From: Octopus bimaculoides
Lineage: Eukaryota
Direction of reading: 5' to 3'
Assembly (NCBI RefSeq): GCF_001194135.2
Contig: NC_069001.1
Coordinates: forward strand, 29,032,275-29,095,487
Length of the DNA: 63,213 nucleotides
Shown here piece by piece: positions 14,492 through 26,135 of the stretch; positions within the stretch are counted from its first letter, which is position 1; every line of letters starts with the position of its first letter. The position numbers were made by a program, and so were the translations under genes. The notes under the pieces are model-generated. The model searched no databases, was not told the DNA's origin, and saw nothing but the letters and a program-made list of their open reading frames with translations.

Positions 14492-15606
14492 TCTATCTAT
14501 GAATGTAACATCTCATTGCATGTCTTCCGTATGTGTGAGGTTGCATAGGATACTACATATACACACTAAATAATACAAAACTCAGTAGGATAAAACTCGT
14601 GGGGACATATGTTAAAACTGCAGCTCATAGCATACTAAACGATGAAATAGTTGCAAATAGAAATAATAAAAAATATAGGAATAATAAAAGTTCACGTTAA
14701 GAAAATATCATTTGTCAACTCAGACAATGAACTCGAGCAACTGGATGGACATAATGGATGTACGTGCTGACCCGACCGCTTCTAAATTCATTGAGGTGGG
14801 GCCTGTTGTGAGGAAGATCAAACCAATGACCTATACTACCCATCCTGGCCTCTGTATAGTCAAATGGCAATTAATGAAATGGCTGACTCATGAACTTCTT
14901 CAAAAGTTAACAGATACTTCAGAATGGACTTTTCGATCAATTCACAACAGTCAATCAAGGTTAGGCTGTTCAATACTCTGTAGAATTTCTTAACACACAC
15001 CTAAACCCACTGGGATTCCACTGCATAACTTGACACTAAAATTGGGTGCTCTCATTATGATGTTTAGGAAATTTGATCCATCTCACCTAATTGTTATTTG
15101 CATGAAGCTCCATCTCCTACAGGCAACAGTTATAACAGGTAGTCACAGAGGAGACAATGCCTTTATTCAAAAAAAAAAAAATCCTCTCATACCTACTGAC
15201 GTTCCATTTGAATTTAAGATTCGTCAATTTCCAGTCATAGACAGTTTTGGTATTTCAATTAACAAATATCACGTCAGTCCCTCGAGGTAGTTGCACTTGA
15301 TCTCTCTACTACACGCTTCTTCCACGGCCAACACTCCATTGCTCGCTTGTGAGGTGGAAGTAGCAACAAATTTATTCATTTCGACAACAAAAAAAATTAC
15401 AAAAATGAATATTGTTTACCGTGAGGTGCTTCAATATTGACAGATTTTCAGTTCAAAATTATATTATCATTACACTTTGGATGTTTTTTTTTTTAAATAA
15501 AATATAAATATTTTGAAATACTTATGAGAATATATCTTAATATTTATTGTTTACTAAAGTTAATAAGAGCAGCATTTACCCTGGCAACGCGGGGTCATTC
15601 AGCTAC
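14492..15606 (+). mobile_element. Helitron, internally deleted non-autonomous derivative
   Basis: 5' A|TCTATCTAT at 14492. Frameshifted PIF1-type helicase C-terminus (YSVEFLNT..LTLKLGALIMMFRKFDP..PLIPTDVPFEFKIRQFPV..QSLEVVALDLS..HGQ..NIVYREVL). 3' hairpin ccctggcaacgcgggg (about 15579-15594) followed by CTAC (CTAG-like) at 15603-15606. Confidence 0.9.
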
Positions 15607-15609
15607 TCA

Positions 15610-15800
15610 TCTATAAATATAAAAAGAGAGTTTGTGTGTGTGTATGTGTGCATTTTGTGTGTACGTGTGTGTGTGCGTGTGTGCATATGTTCCTTATGCA
15701 TTCGAGAACTGAGTTGCAGTTTTTGACGTAAGTGGTATCAAAACATTCAGTAATCTTGTGGCTACCAAATAAACTATATTTTCATTTACATGTATTCTAC
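15610..15800 (+). mobile_element. Non-autonomous Helitron-like 5' end with internal (TG)n
   Basis: A|TCTATAAATATAAAAAG, microsatellite, then ttccttatgcattc, a motif shared with the 16007 element. Right boundary uncertain. Confidence 0.55.
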
Positions 15801-16006
15801 GTTATCTTAATGACCAGCTATAGTTATTTGAAAGACACTACTCTAGAACGACCAGTTCTCATGAGATAGTGAAAATAGTTGCACACTTTCAATTTGAACT
15901 AAAAGTTCAGGGTGTTGCATTACGAGAGTGATTAGGTGTAAGAAATGGAAGTAATGTTTCTCCGAATGAGTCACAATTGTACTATATTAAAGAAAACTGC
16001 TTATCA

Positions 16007-16167
16007 TCTATAAACATATAAATGGTTGTCTCTCTATCTGTCTTCCCTATGCATTCTCAAACAGCTTGAGCAAATGAAATAAAATTTTACAAGGTAATAA
16101 GTGTCAGAACCCATGAGCGTCAACACGTAGTTTGTTTTCCATTGGGATTAAAACAATATAACATTGG
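16007..16167 (+). mobile_element. Non-autonomous Helitron-like 5' end, followed by the SINE A insertion
   Basis: A|TCTATAAACATATAAATG..ctatctgtcttccctatgcattctcaaacagc, the typical layout of a non-autonomous Helitron 5' region. Confidence 0.55.
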
Positions 16168-16179
16168 CATTGGTTCGGT

Positions 16180-16580
16180 TGTTGTTGTTGTTGTTGTTGT
16201 TGGCACTCCGTCGCTTACGACGACGAGGCTTCCAATTGATCCGATCAACCGAACAGTCTGCTCGTGAAATTAACGTGCAAGTGGCTGAGCACTCCACAAA
16301 CACGTGTACTCTTAACATAGTTCTCGGGGATATTCAGCGTGAGACAGTGTAAGAAGGCTGACCCTGTGAAATACAGGCACAACAAAAACAGGAAGTAAGA
16401 GTGAGAGAATGTTGTGGTGGAAGAGTACAGCTGGGTTCGCTACCATTCCCTGCCGGAGCCTGGTGACGCTTTAGGTGTTTTCGCTCAATAAACACTCACA
16501 ACGCCCGGTCTGGGAATCGAAACCGCGATCCTATGACCGCGAGTCCGCTGCCCTAACCACTATGCCATTGCGCCTCCACT
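16180..16580 (-). mobile_element. tRNA-derived SINE family A, full length, with 12-bp TSD
   Basis: Minus strand starts AGTGGAGGCGCAATGGCATAGTGG (A box), has GTTTCGATTCC (B box) and ends in a (CAA)n tail. TSD cattggttcggt at 16168-16179 and 16581-16592. Confidence 0.95.
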
Positions 16581-17239
16581 CATTGGTTCGGTAATACGTG
16601 TCAAAAGTGAAAGAATAAGAACTATATTGTAATGTGACATAATACTGTTTCACTTTTGTTCTTTCACTTTTAATTCTAATCTGATAAGACTATAATGTTG
16701 TTCACTTTTAATTTTAATGGGATAACACTAAGATCATCTTGTTTCTATTATTATTCAAATAAATAAATAAATTATATATTAATGTGAACAACATTACGCA
16801 TCGACAACTTTCTGTCTTCACGGACACGACAGCGGAATGGTGCGCCAGCGTATGTGTGTTCACTGCCATAACGAACAGCTGGAGGCGAAACTCTTGACAT
16901 AAAACAATAGGGCGTATAAAGGTGTACATTTACCGTTCAATTACCAGTTAATAATTATCGCAGCAGTTGCAAGATTGCAATATATTTATAATTACATATT
17001 TACCCTTAAGCTAACATTTAATACACGTGCTTAATGTGTGTGCGTGTGTGTGTGTTTTGTGGAATTTACCGTTAAATGATCAGTTCATACATGTGCTTCT
17101 ATTTGGCTAGTTTCCTCATATCTGATTAATTTACATTTCATACAAAAATAAAGACAAAGTACATACATACACCTGCTTACAAAAAATAGAGATTAATGTA
17201 TAATTGTGTTTCTGTGTTCATAAATATTGTTTACAGTAT

Positions 17240-17680
17240 TGAAAATATATACCACCAAAGAAAATATGATATCTCTCCAGAAACAAGTATAAATCAATGA
17301 GCATTGTAGATAACCAAACCTGCGAATCTTAAAAGAGAAAGCAGAAATCGTATGCTGCATCATGTCAGATGGAGTCTCAACACCGAAAGGAGATGAGACT
17401 TTCCCCAAACCAGAAAATGCATGCTGCAGCATGTTAAATGGAGTCCGAAGAAAGAAGGGAAGTGAGACTTAAACAAGATCAGGAAAGGTGTGGTACAGCA
17501 CTTAATGTCGAATCTTGAAAACAATGTTTTAATGATTAGACAGAGGTCCAACAGAATAGCCCTCAGAAACAGAACACATAACAAAATCATTCGCCACAAC
17601 TCTTGGAGCTGCTTTAAGATAAGATCAATCCCATACTTATAGAAGTGGAAATTTTGTCCAAATTGGTGTTATAGCATTAA
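17240..17680 (+). mobile_element. Helitron Rep/Hel N-terminal remnant (degraded)
   Basis: Translates to charged repeats ESQHRKEMRL.., MESEERREVRLKQDQER..ALNVES, then AALR*DQSHTYRSGNFVQIG, resembling Helitron ORF N-termini. Multiple stops. Confidence 0.6.
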
Positions 17681-19137
17681 TGGATCTTTAACTGAAGGCT
17701 GTTTATTAATTTTGACAAATGAGAAAACTGACCGTGGCATGTCAGCATTTCTGTGTGTATTTTTTTGTATATATTTCCGATTTTAGTTTATAACTGTTGA
17801 ATTGCTGAACGGTCTGTAAAACAACCATTTATTTTTAGAAAAATTGAAAATTTGAACATTTTGTCGAACCCTTTTCTCTGGAAAACTAAAAAATATTTTT
17901 CATTTAAATTTCTTGTTTTTTTTTTAAAATATTGTATCATTTATTATTTACATTATCATTGACGTACCTTTGCCATTGTTAGCCCAATCTATGCTTTACC
18001 TCCATACCACGTTGAAGTGACTGCTGGTTTTATACTTGGGAAAGTTTACAACTGATTTCTAAATTTTATTTTATAATCAATTATCATTTAGGCCTGTTAT
18101 TTCATGTCAATTATTTTTTTTTTTTCAAAAAGCCAAGCAAAAATGATCATCATTTTGGAAGGAAAATTACAATTATAAGAAGTGATTTTAGTATCACCAA
18201 TAGTATTCCATTTGTTAGCCTAATTTTTTTTACGATGCATCACTGTTTGTAGTGTATGCATTACAGCAGTTCTTAATTTGAAATTTGTGCCAAACAATAT
18301 TTTGCTCTTTTGCCGCGTCGTATTGTACATTTTTTAAAACCTTAGTATAATATGCACGTGTTAAGGTTATCTCTGTAGATATTCAATAGAAATTATCGCC
18401 AGCACTTATTTATGTTTCTACGTCTCGTATACGAGGCATCAGATGTAAACAAACAATAAAATGGAAGTTGAAAATAGATAATGGGCAAATATGGCTTACA
18501 TCGGAGTGGGGGATTTGCCCCTTCAGCCCCCATATAACCAGTTAATCATCTAGGAACACATTGCTTAAATAACCACTATAGCGGTGTATAGTTATTCGAT
18601 ATACCAATTTAAATATCAAACGAATTCCTGAGAGCTGGTGCGTAAATACTAACGAATTGTAGGCCCGCGGTTTTCCGTTATGCAACCATAATGGAATGTG
18701 TTATGGTTGCATAATGAAATAACACGTAACTTCAAATCATTAATATACATGCGTTATGGTCGTTACTTTGTACACAAAACATATCTGCTTATTTAGTGCC
18801 AGACCACTCCTGAGCTAGCGGAATTATGATGAAAGATGTTTCAGCTTGACCAGCAATTCTGTTTTTTTGATACAATACGTCTAGAAAGATATCATGAAAC
18901 GCCTCTTTTCTAAGAGACAATAGGAAGTGATTTGAGGAAAATGTGGCTGGTATTTCTTACGAGCCCAGTGACCACGTTGTCTCGCATAATAACACCTGTA
19001 CCTCCTTCTGTTTCCGGTATTCAGGTTACTTTTGAGCGCAGTCAAAAGGAAATAAAAAATAAAATAAAATTTAATGAATTAATGAGAATTCGAACATGGT
19101 GTTAATTAAATTTGACCTGGTGATGATCACCGGAAAG

Positions 19138-19331
19138 AAAAGACATGAACTTGTGCTGCAGTTTATTTTCTGTAGTGTTGGTAGATAGAAAGGAAATAGT
19201 TAGAGCAGAGAGGAAAGAAGTGATAGTAAAGCACAAAAGACATGAACTTGTGCTGCAGTTTATTTTCTGTAGTTTTGGTAGATAGAAAGGAAATAGTTAG
19301 AGCAGAGAGGAAAGAAGTGATAGTAAAGCAC
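19138..19331 (+). repeat. 97-bp tandem duplication (2 copies)
   Basis: 19138-19234 and 19235-19331 are identical except for one substitution (gtgttg vs gttttg). Confidence 0.95.
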
Positions 19332-19334
19332 GTT

Positions 19335-19459
19335 TAGGAGACAGAGGAGGAAATGTAAGAGTGTTAGAGAGGAAGTTACAGAAGTAGGAGGCGGAAGAGT
19401 ATAAGAGGGAAACACAAACGAAAAGACAGAGAAAGAGAGAGAATGAGAAGAATAGTCAG

Positions 19460-19522
<63 letters not shown>

Positions 19523-19925
19523 CAGAAAGAGATACATAGAGAAAGAGACATACAGACAGACACAGAGAGAGAAATGGAGGCAGAGAAAGACAGACAGACA
19601 GAACGATAGATATATATATAGAGGGAAGGAGTCATAGAAAAACAGGAAGATTGACGGAGAATTGAGAGAAAAGTAAGAAAAGAGTAAACAAATAAATAGG
19701 AAGAGTTGGACAGAGAAATGCAAACAGAAGAAGCATGGGGAAAACATAGAAAGAGAGAGAGAGGGAAAGAGAGACAGGTATATTGAGAGATGAGTACATA
19801 AAGTGATGTAGACTGATAGAAAGGAGAGGATAATAAATACGAGAGAGATAGAGAGAGTAAAAAAACAAACATAGAGGGAGTGGATACGTAAGATTAAAGA
19901 CATTGAAATATGAAGAGTTTCTTGA
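19335..19925 (+). repeat. GA-rich polypurine low-complexity tract with a (GA)n core
   Basis: Perfect (GA)n at about 19464-19516, surrounded by decayed AG/AGAC units. Confidence 0.85.
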
Positions 19926-20302
19926 GACAATTATACTAAAATGATTTTATTATTATTACAATTATTAATTATTAGACTATAAAACTTATACGCAAATAAG
20001 GTTTATTATACAAGAAATATTTTTTAAAAAAATAAAGTATGTACACATTTAACAAAGTTTAAAAAAGTCAATGGAAAATAAATAATTGAAAAATCGATTT
20101 TTCTGATGCGCGCCGAGGTTACGGAATTATAATCAAGGCACACCTGACCTTCACTGAAAATGTTATTAGCTCAAGCACTAAACGTACTTGACCAATAATT
20201 ACATAACTTAAATCAGGACTAATATTCCACAAGGCGGCGAACCAGACTCCCCACAATCTGATGACTCATCAAGCAAAAATAAAATACATTAGATATCAGA
20301 TA

Positions 20303-20409
20303 GGCGCAGGAGTGGCTGTGTGGTAAGTAGCTTCTTTAAGAACCACATGGTCATGGGTTCAGTCCCACTGTGTGGCAACTTGGGCAAGTGTCTTCTACAA
20401 AGCCCGTCG

Positions 20410-20459
<50 letters not shown>

Positions 20460-20666
20460 TGTGTTTCTCCTCCCACCATTACTTGAGAACCGATCCTGAT
20501 ATGTTTCCTTCCCCGTAACTTAGCGGTTCGGCAAATAAGCCGATAAAATAAATACTATGCTTATAAAGAATAAGCCCTCGTGTCAGTTGGCTCGATTAAA
20601 GGCGGTGCTCCAGCATGGCCGCAGTCAAATGACTAAAACAAATCAAAGAGTAAAATAATAAAGAAT
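20303..20666 (+). mobile_element. SINE family B with internal deletion and (TG)n
   Basis: ggcgcaggagtggctgtgtggtaagtagc..gggttcagtcccactg..(TG)n..ccccgtaacttagcggttcggcaa..cagcatggccgcagtcaaatgact. Confidence 0.9.
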
Positions 20667-21050
20667 AATAATATATTTTTTTTAATATTCTTGTTGGATA
20701 TTTTACTGTCTCCATTTCGGATTCCAAATGAGAAAAAGGTGTTTATGAATCTCAGAATTGCTCTGGAGAATAAACATACAAAAAAAATTATTATGAGACA
20801 CGCTATCGATAATCGATAAATTTCCTGGATACAAATGGAAAATGTTGTTCATACCTACTGACGTGAACTGTTGCATGTATGATAGGTTACCTTACAGTAT
20901 CTGTCAATACAACAAAAACTTTCAGTGCAGTTGCAGTTTTTAACTCGTCTAATCGTACTCGGTGATAGTACTACAGATGAATAAATAAATAGGAATATAA
21001 AGAAATACAAAATAAAAGACCGTACGTAAAGTGCTCAATGTAAGGGATGG

Positions 21051-21086
<36 letters not shown>

Positions 21087-21179
21087 TAATATTAATAGGA
21101 GTCACTTGCTGTAAGTAAGGTCAAACCAATGAACTATAGTACCCATCGTGATGTCTGCATATACAAATATTAGTGTCTA

Positions 21180-21382
21180 TTCTAGGCACGAAGCTCGCAA
21201 TTTCTGGGCAGGGTGACAGTCGATTAGATCGACCTAGTACGCAACTGCTATTTCGTTTGTCCATCCTGAAAAGATGAAAGGCAAAGTTGACTTCGGCGGA
21301 ATTTGAACACAGAACATAAAGACAGACGAAATCCGCTAAGCATTTCGCCCGGCGTGCTCACGGTTCTAGAAGCTCGCTACTT
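21180..21382 (-). mobile_element. SINE family C
   Basis: Reverse complement of cacgccgggcgaaatgcttagcgg..tcaaattccgccgaagtcaactttgcctttcatc. Confidence 0.9.
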
Positions 21383-21553
21383 TAATGCATATTCAAATAT
21401 TAACACAAGACTAACAACACCACATGCACCTTCATCTCTGTTATAATTACCATACTATTCTCTCCTTCCATCACCTTCAACACCTACCCAGCAAATAAAC
21501 ACAGAGCTGCCCACATGGTCCAATGAACGTTTTCATAGATACAAATTGATAAA

Positions 21554-21657
21554 CGTAGGAGTGGCTGTGTGGTAAGTCGCTTCCTCTCCAACAACATGGT
21601 TCCGGGTCAAGCGATGTTGGGGGGGGGGGACAAACAGAGACACACAAACGAATACAA

Positions 21658-21688
<31 letters not shown>
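21554..21688 (+). mobile_element. Rearranged SINE family B: + strand head fused to an inverted internal segment
   Basis: Head gtaggagtggctgtgtggtaag..ggttccgggt (to 21607), then caagcgatgttggggg..gacaaacagagacacac, which is the reverse complement of the family B middle. Ends at a gap. Confidence 0.75.
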
Positions 21689-23136
21689 NNNNNNNNNNNN
21701 NNNNNNNNNNNNNNNNNNNNNNNNNNNNNNNNNNNNNNNNNNNNNNNNNNNNNNNNNNNNNNNNNNNNNNNNNNNNNNNNNNNNNNNNNNNNNNNNNNNN
21801 NNNNNNNNNNNNNNNNNNNNNNNNNNNNNNNNNNNNNNNNNNNNNNNNNNNNNNNNNNNNNNNNNNNNNNNNNNNNNNNNNNNNNNNNNNNNNNNNNNNN
21901 NNNNNNNNNNNNNNNNNNNNNNNNNNNNNNNNNNNNNNNNNNNNNNNNNNNNNNNNNNNNNNNNNNNNNNNNNNNNNNNNNNNNNNNNNNNNNNNNNNNN
22001 NNNNNNNNNNNNNNNNNNNNNNNNNNNNNNNNNNNNNNNNNNNNNNNNNNNNNNNNNNNNNNNNNNNNNNNNNNNNNNNNNNNNNNNNNNNNNNNNNNNN
22101 NNNNNNNNNNNNNNNNNNNNNNNNNNNNNNNNNNNNNNNNNNNNNNNNNNNNNNNNNNNNNNNNNNNNNNNNNNNNNNNNNNNNNNNNNNNNNNNNNNNN
22201 NNNNNNNNNNNNNNNNNNNNNNNNNNNNNNNNNNNNNNNNNNNNNNNNNNNNNNNNNNNNNNNNNNNNNNNNNNNNNNNNNNNNNNNNNNNNNNNNNNNN
22301 NNNNNNNNNNNNNNNNNNNNNNNNNNNNNNNTATATGCATGCATTATGTATAAGTTTTAGTATAGCCCACAAAATACATGCACACCAATGTAGTGTTATC
22401 ATAATAAGAGACCCAATCCCGTCCTTACTCGTCTGCTATGACGTCTGTAACAACGAGTGCAGTTTTTTGAAACATCACGTATATTATATGGTCTTCGGTT
22501 CCTGATATTCGGATATGGCCGCAAATTGGCGACAAAACGTCTTTGAAATAGATGATCAAAAATATTATTCACGCAATCTATTAGTCATTTAGTTAATTAG
22601 TTAGTTAGCTGTCTAATGATACTGAAAATAATTCATATAAGCACAGTTGATGTATTTTTCTTGGCAGAAAAACATATGTTTCATGAGATCTTATATTCAG
22701 CAACTTACAAAACAGGTGCAAAACGAAATACATCAATGTAGTGTGTGTTTGCGTGTGTTACTGTTTATGTGCTTGTGTGTGTGTGTGTGTGGGTGGGTGT
22801 GTGTGCGTGTGTGGGGGGTTGTTTGTGTGTTTGTGTTTGTATATTTATATTTGTGCATGAGTCTGTGCGGTTGTAAATGTTTTCGTACTGTGTAGTTGGA
22901 TTTCTATGTGACCCTGTGCACACGAATTCGCGTGTGTATGGTATGTGTACTTATTACTTTATTTAAATAGAAGTATAGATATAGACCCGTATTTTGTATA
23001 CTCATTGAGTATTACATTTCTAAATTCATAAGTCATTGGTCTTCCTGCATCTATAACATGATGTACTTATCCATGTGTGACATGGTAATATAATGCTAGC
23101 AAAACATGTACAAAAAAATTACTAAACAGTTCAATA

Positions 23137-23480
23137 GGTGCAGGTGTGATAAGTAGCTTGCTTCCCAACCACATGGTTCCAGGTTCAGTCCCACTGCGTG
23201 GCACCTTGGGTAAGTGTCTTCAACTATAGCCTCGGTGGACCAAAGCCTTGTGGGTGGATTTGGTAGACGGAAACTGTTTTGTGTGTTTGTGCTTGTCCCC
23301 TTCATCATCGCTTGACAAGCGATGCTGATGTGTTTACGTCCCCGTAACATAGCGGTTCGGCAAAAGAGACCGATGGAATAAGTACTAGGCTTACAAAGAA
23401 TAAGTTTTGGGGTCGACTTGCTCGACTAAAGGCGGTGCTGCAGCAAGGCCGAAGTCAAATGACTGAAGCAATTAAAAGAG
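23137..23480 (+). mobile_element. SINE family B lacking the internal microsatellite
   Basis: gtagcttgcttcccaaccacatggttcc..gacggaaactg joined directly to ttttgtgtgtttgtgcttgtcccc; tail gtcaaatgactgaagcaattaaaagag. Confidence 0.9.
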
Positions 23481-24347
23481 CAAACATCTATAAAAAATTG
23501 CGAGCAGCGGCAGCGGTAAATGTTTGTAGTGAAGAAATTAATCTAAACGACATCAGTTTCTTCCTATAGTATACAACAAGAAATATATTTCTTCTTAAGT
23601 AATCCAGGAAGAATATAAAGTTTAGAGAGAGTCACAATCTTTGAAGGAGTCTACTAAACGTGTCTCCCCCACAATATCTTATCTTTGCGCGATGACATGG
23701 TATTCGATGGCAAATCGATGAAAATAATAAAGCCTCAAGGAACATACAATACTAAAATAATCCCTCGACTATCGCATGTGTTACGGTCCAAAATCCCCGG
23801 CGATATGTGAAAATTTGCGAAGTAGAAACAGTACTGTACTGTATATTTAAAAAAATAAATATCTTTAAAATTTGTATATATTTCATTATATATGCAAATC
23901 AACACCACATGCTCGCTTCCTCAGCTTCGTTTCCTTACAGTATGTGCGATTCTTTGTTTACTCATCTACGGTACACTACGTATTTTCTGTTGATATATTT
24001 TAATTCATGTGTTATACAGTGTAGTAGTGTACTGTGTTTTTATTTATTAATTCTTAGGCATGAAAATGCTTATTCTTTCACAGAAATATCCATCAGATGT
24101 AGAAACCTACGATATACTGAGAAGTCTACGATATAAATTAATATACATTAGCCTGAAATAATTCACGAGGCACTCAGTCCGTGAGAGGAGAGTGGTTGCT
24201 GTACATGCAATGAGCTAAGAAACGTGTAGCTGGGCTGTAATATAATAACCAAAATTATCAGTGATATAAAACATCATTTGCTTTATCTATGGACAATACG
24301 TCGCTCCTGGACCCGATGTGTTACATTATATTTATTACTTAATTAGG

Positions 24348-24870
24348 AAGAAAAGAGAGGATGCAACCGATAAACTGTCTACAGTCTGTTTTCCCTATGT
24401 GAAAGTACTCTCCGAAAAGATACAAAAGATATGCGGCACATATGACATCAGGACAGTATTCAAGAATAATACAACACTTCGCAAATGATTCCTACGAGTA
24501 AAACTACCAATAGAAGAGAATATGACTAAGAACTGCGTGCACTCCATCCCATGCAGATGTGGTAGGTTATACAAAGGCGAAACATGTCACCACCTCAAAA
24601 AAAAGGGTAGACAAACATTGCAAAGCTGTGACACGGGGAGATATTGATAAATCAGGCATAGCTGATCATGTATCGATGAATGGAGACCACCCTGTGGGAT
24701 GAAGTTAAAAATAATAAACAGGGAACACCACTGGAAAATACGAAAACTAAAAAAAATCAGGACATATGCTAGGACACAACAGCCACCGAAGCAGACTGAT
24801 CTGAACAGCATATGGGAACCGATATTAATGAATGACTGGAGAATATTAGATTTATAAGCCCTAAAATTAC
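24348..24870 (+). mobile_element. Penelope-like retroelement remnant: C-terminal GIY-YIG endonuclease (pseudogenic)
   Basis: Frame reads STVCFPYVKVLSEKIQKICGTYDIRTVFK..LRK*FLRVK..KNCVHSIPCRCGRLYKGET..(fs)RVDKHCKAV..KSGIADHV..(fs)WDEVK. The VHS..YKG bipartite motif is a GIY-YIG variant, as in PLE endonucleases. Confidence 0.85.
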
Positions 24871-24889
24871 CCACTCCATAATTGCCCAC

Positions 24890-25170
24890 GGGCGTATGGC
24901 ATAGTGTTTAAGAGCGCGGGCTACCAACCCCAAGATTCCGAGTTCGATTCCAGGAAGTGACCTGGATAATAATAATAATGATGATAATAACAATAACAAC
25001 AACAACGAAAAATACCTTAGGAATGAGAACCCAGGTTCGACATTTCCCTAAGACACCTGATGAAGGCTGGAGGATATATCAGCCGAAACGTTGTGTTAAC
25101 AACAAGATGAGGACAAATATCCGTCAATTGTAAATAATATACATAATTTCTCATCTCTTAAATATAGAAT
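24890..25170 (+). mobile_element. tRNA-headed, hammerhead-bearing terminal module (PLE terminal repeat or PLE-dependent SINE)
   Basis: A-box-like TGGCATAGTGT (24897-24907), B box GTTCGATTCC (24942-24951), (AAT/AAC)n spacer, hammerhead, AT-rich tail. A degenerate second copy lies at 50516-50692. Confidence 0.75.
25052..25097 (+). ncRNA. Minimal type I hammerhead ribozyme, catalytic core intact
   Basis: Stem I gacac/gtgtt; CTGATGA at 25057-25063; extra A; stem II GGCTG/CAGCC; GAAA at 25085-25088; palindromic AACGTT in place of a stem III loop; predicted GUU cleavage after 25092. Confidence 0.8.
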
Positions 25171-25770
25171 TAATATTCTCTGCTATTTAGTAATGTCTGC
25201 TTTTATATTTGACTTATGACATGTTCCATATGATAAGACAAACGCACTTTTTTCATTGGGAGAGCTAATAACATTTTAGGAAGATATATATGCGTAAGTA
25301 TATCAGCCCATGTGTTCTACTCTTCTGCTTTCAATCAGGGATGGAAATCGCTACGTTTCTGTTAATGTTTTTTGCTGAAATAACCCCGTGACCTAATTCA
25401 GCTGTTTACATTCATATTCGATTCTACGCTACTTATATAATGTCAAGCGAATTTTATGGAAATTTCAATAAGGAATACACAATAAGGAATTGAATACATT
25501 TTGCCAATTCTTAAGATATTCATAAATTCCGTAAACCATGTCTGTAATAATAATATTCTTCTCCTTCAATTGTTTCTAAATGTTGAAGAGCACGAATGTA
25601 CATATAATAAAAATATATGCATATTCATAGAAATAAACATAAACGAATTTATGCACAAGCGTATATACACAGACGCTGATGTACGTGTTTGCAAACTTTC
25701 ATTTCATTTTTTCATATACATATATGAAACTATATATGTATATAGATACATGTATACATGTATATACATG

Positions 25771-25806
<36 letters not shown>

Positions 25807-25816
25807 NNNNNNNNNN

Positions 25817-25849
<33 letters not shown>

Positions 25850-25854
25850 GATAG

Positions 25855-25935
25855 ATACATACACAAATACATAAAGGGAGAGATAGAGAGAGAGGTACAG
25901 AGAGATAGGAAGAGTTACGGGGAGAGAGAGAGGTA

Positions 25936-25971
<36 letters not shown>

Positions 25972-26135
25972 ATGATTGAGTGTTAGAGAGAGGGATAGAT
26001 AGTGAGAAATATAGATTGACAACAAGATAGACAGATATTCAGACACAAATAGATAGATTGATAGATTGATAGAGGGATAGACATACAGACAGACATACAG
26101 ACAAACAGACAGACAGACAGATAGATACATACATA
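25855..26135 (+). repeat. (GA)n/(GATA)n/(GACA)n compound microsatellite
   Basis: Direct tandem units. Confidence 0.85.

Noticed and set aside
16490-16580. tRNA-like sequences here and at 47852, 24890, 3343 and 54240
   Set aside because: They have A/B boxes but broken acceptor or anticodon stems and run into repeat bodies. These are SINE heads, not tRNA genes.
19376-19930. 184-aa hydrophobic ORF and overlapping frames
   Set aside because: Antisense reading of a polypurine tract, which lacks stop codons by composition.
20262-20268. AP-1-like TGACTCA in palindromic context; another at about 15967
   Set aside because: Isolated 7-mers with no supporting cluster.
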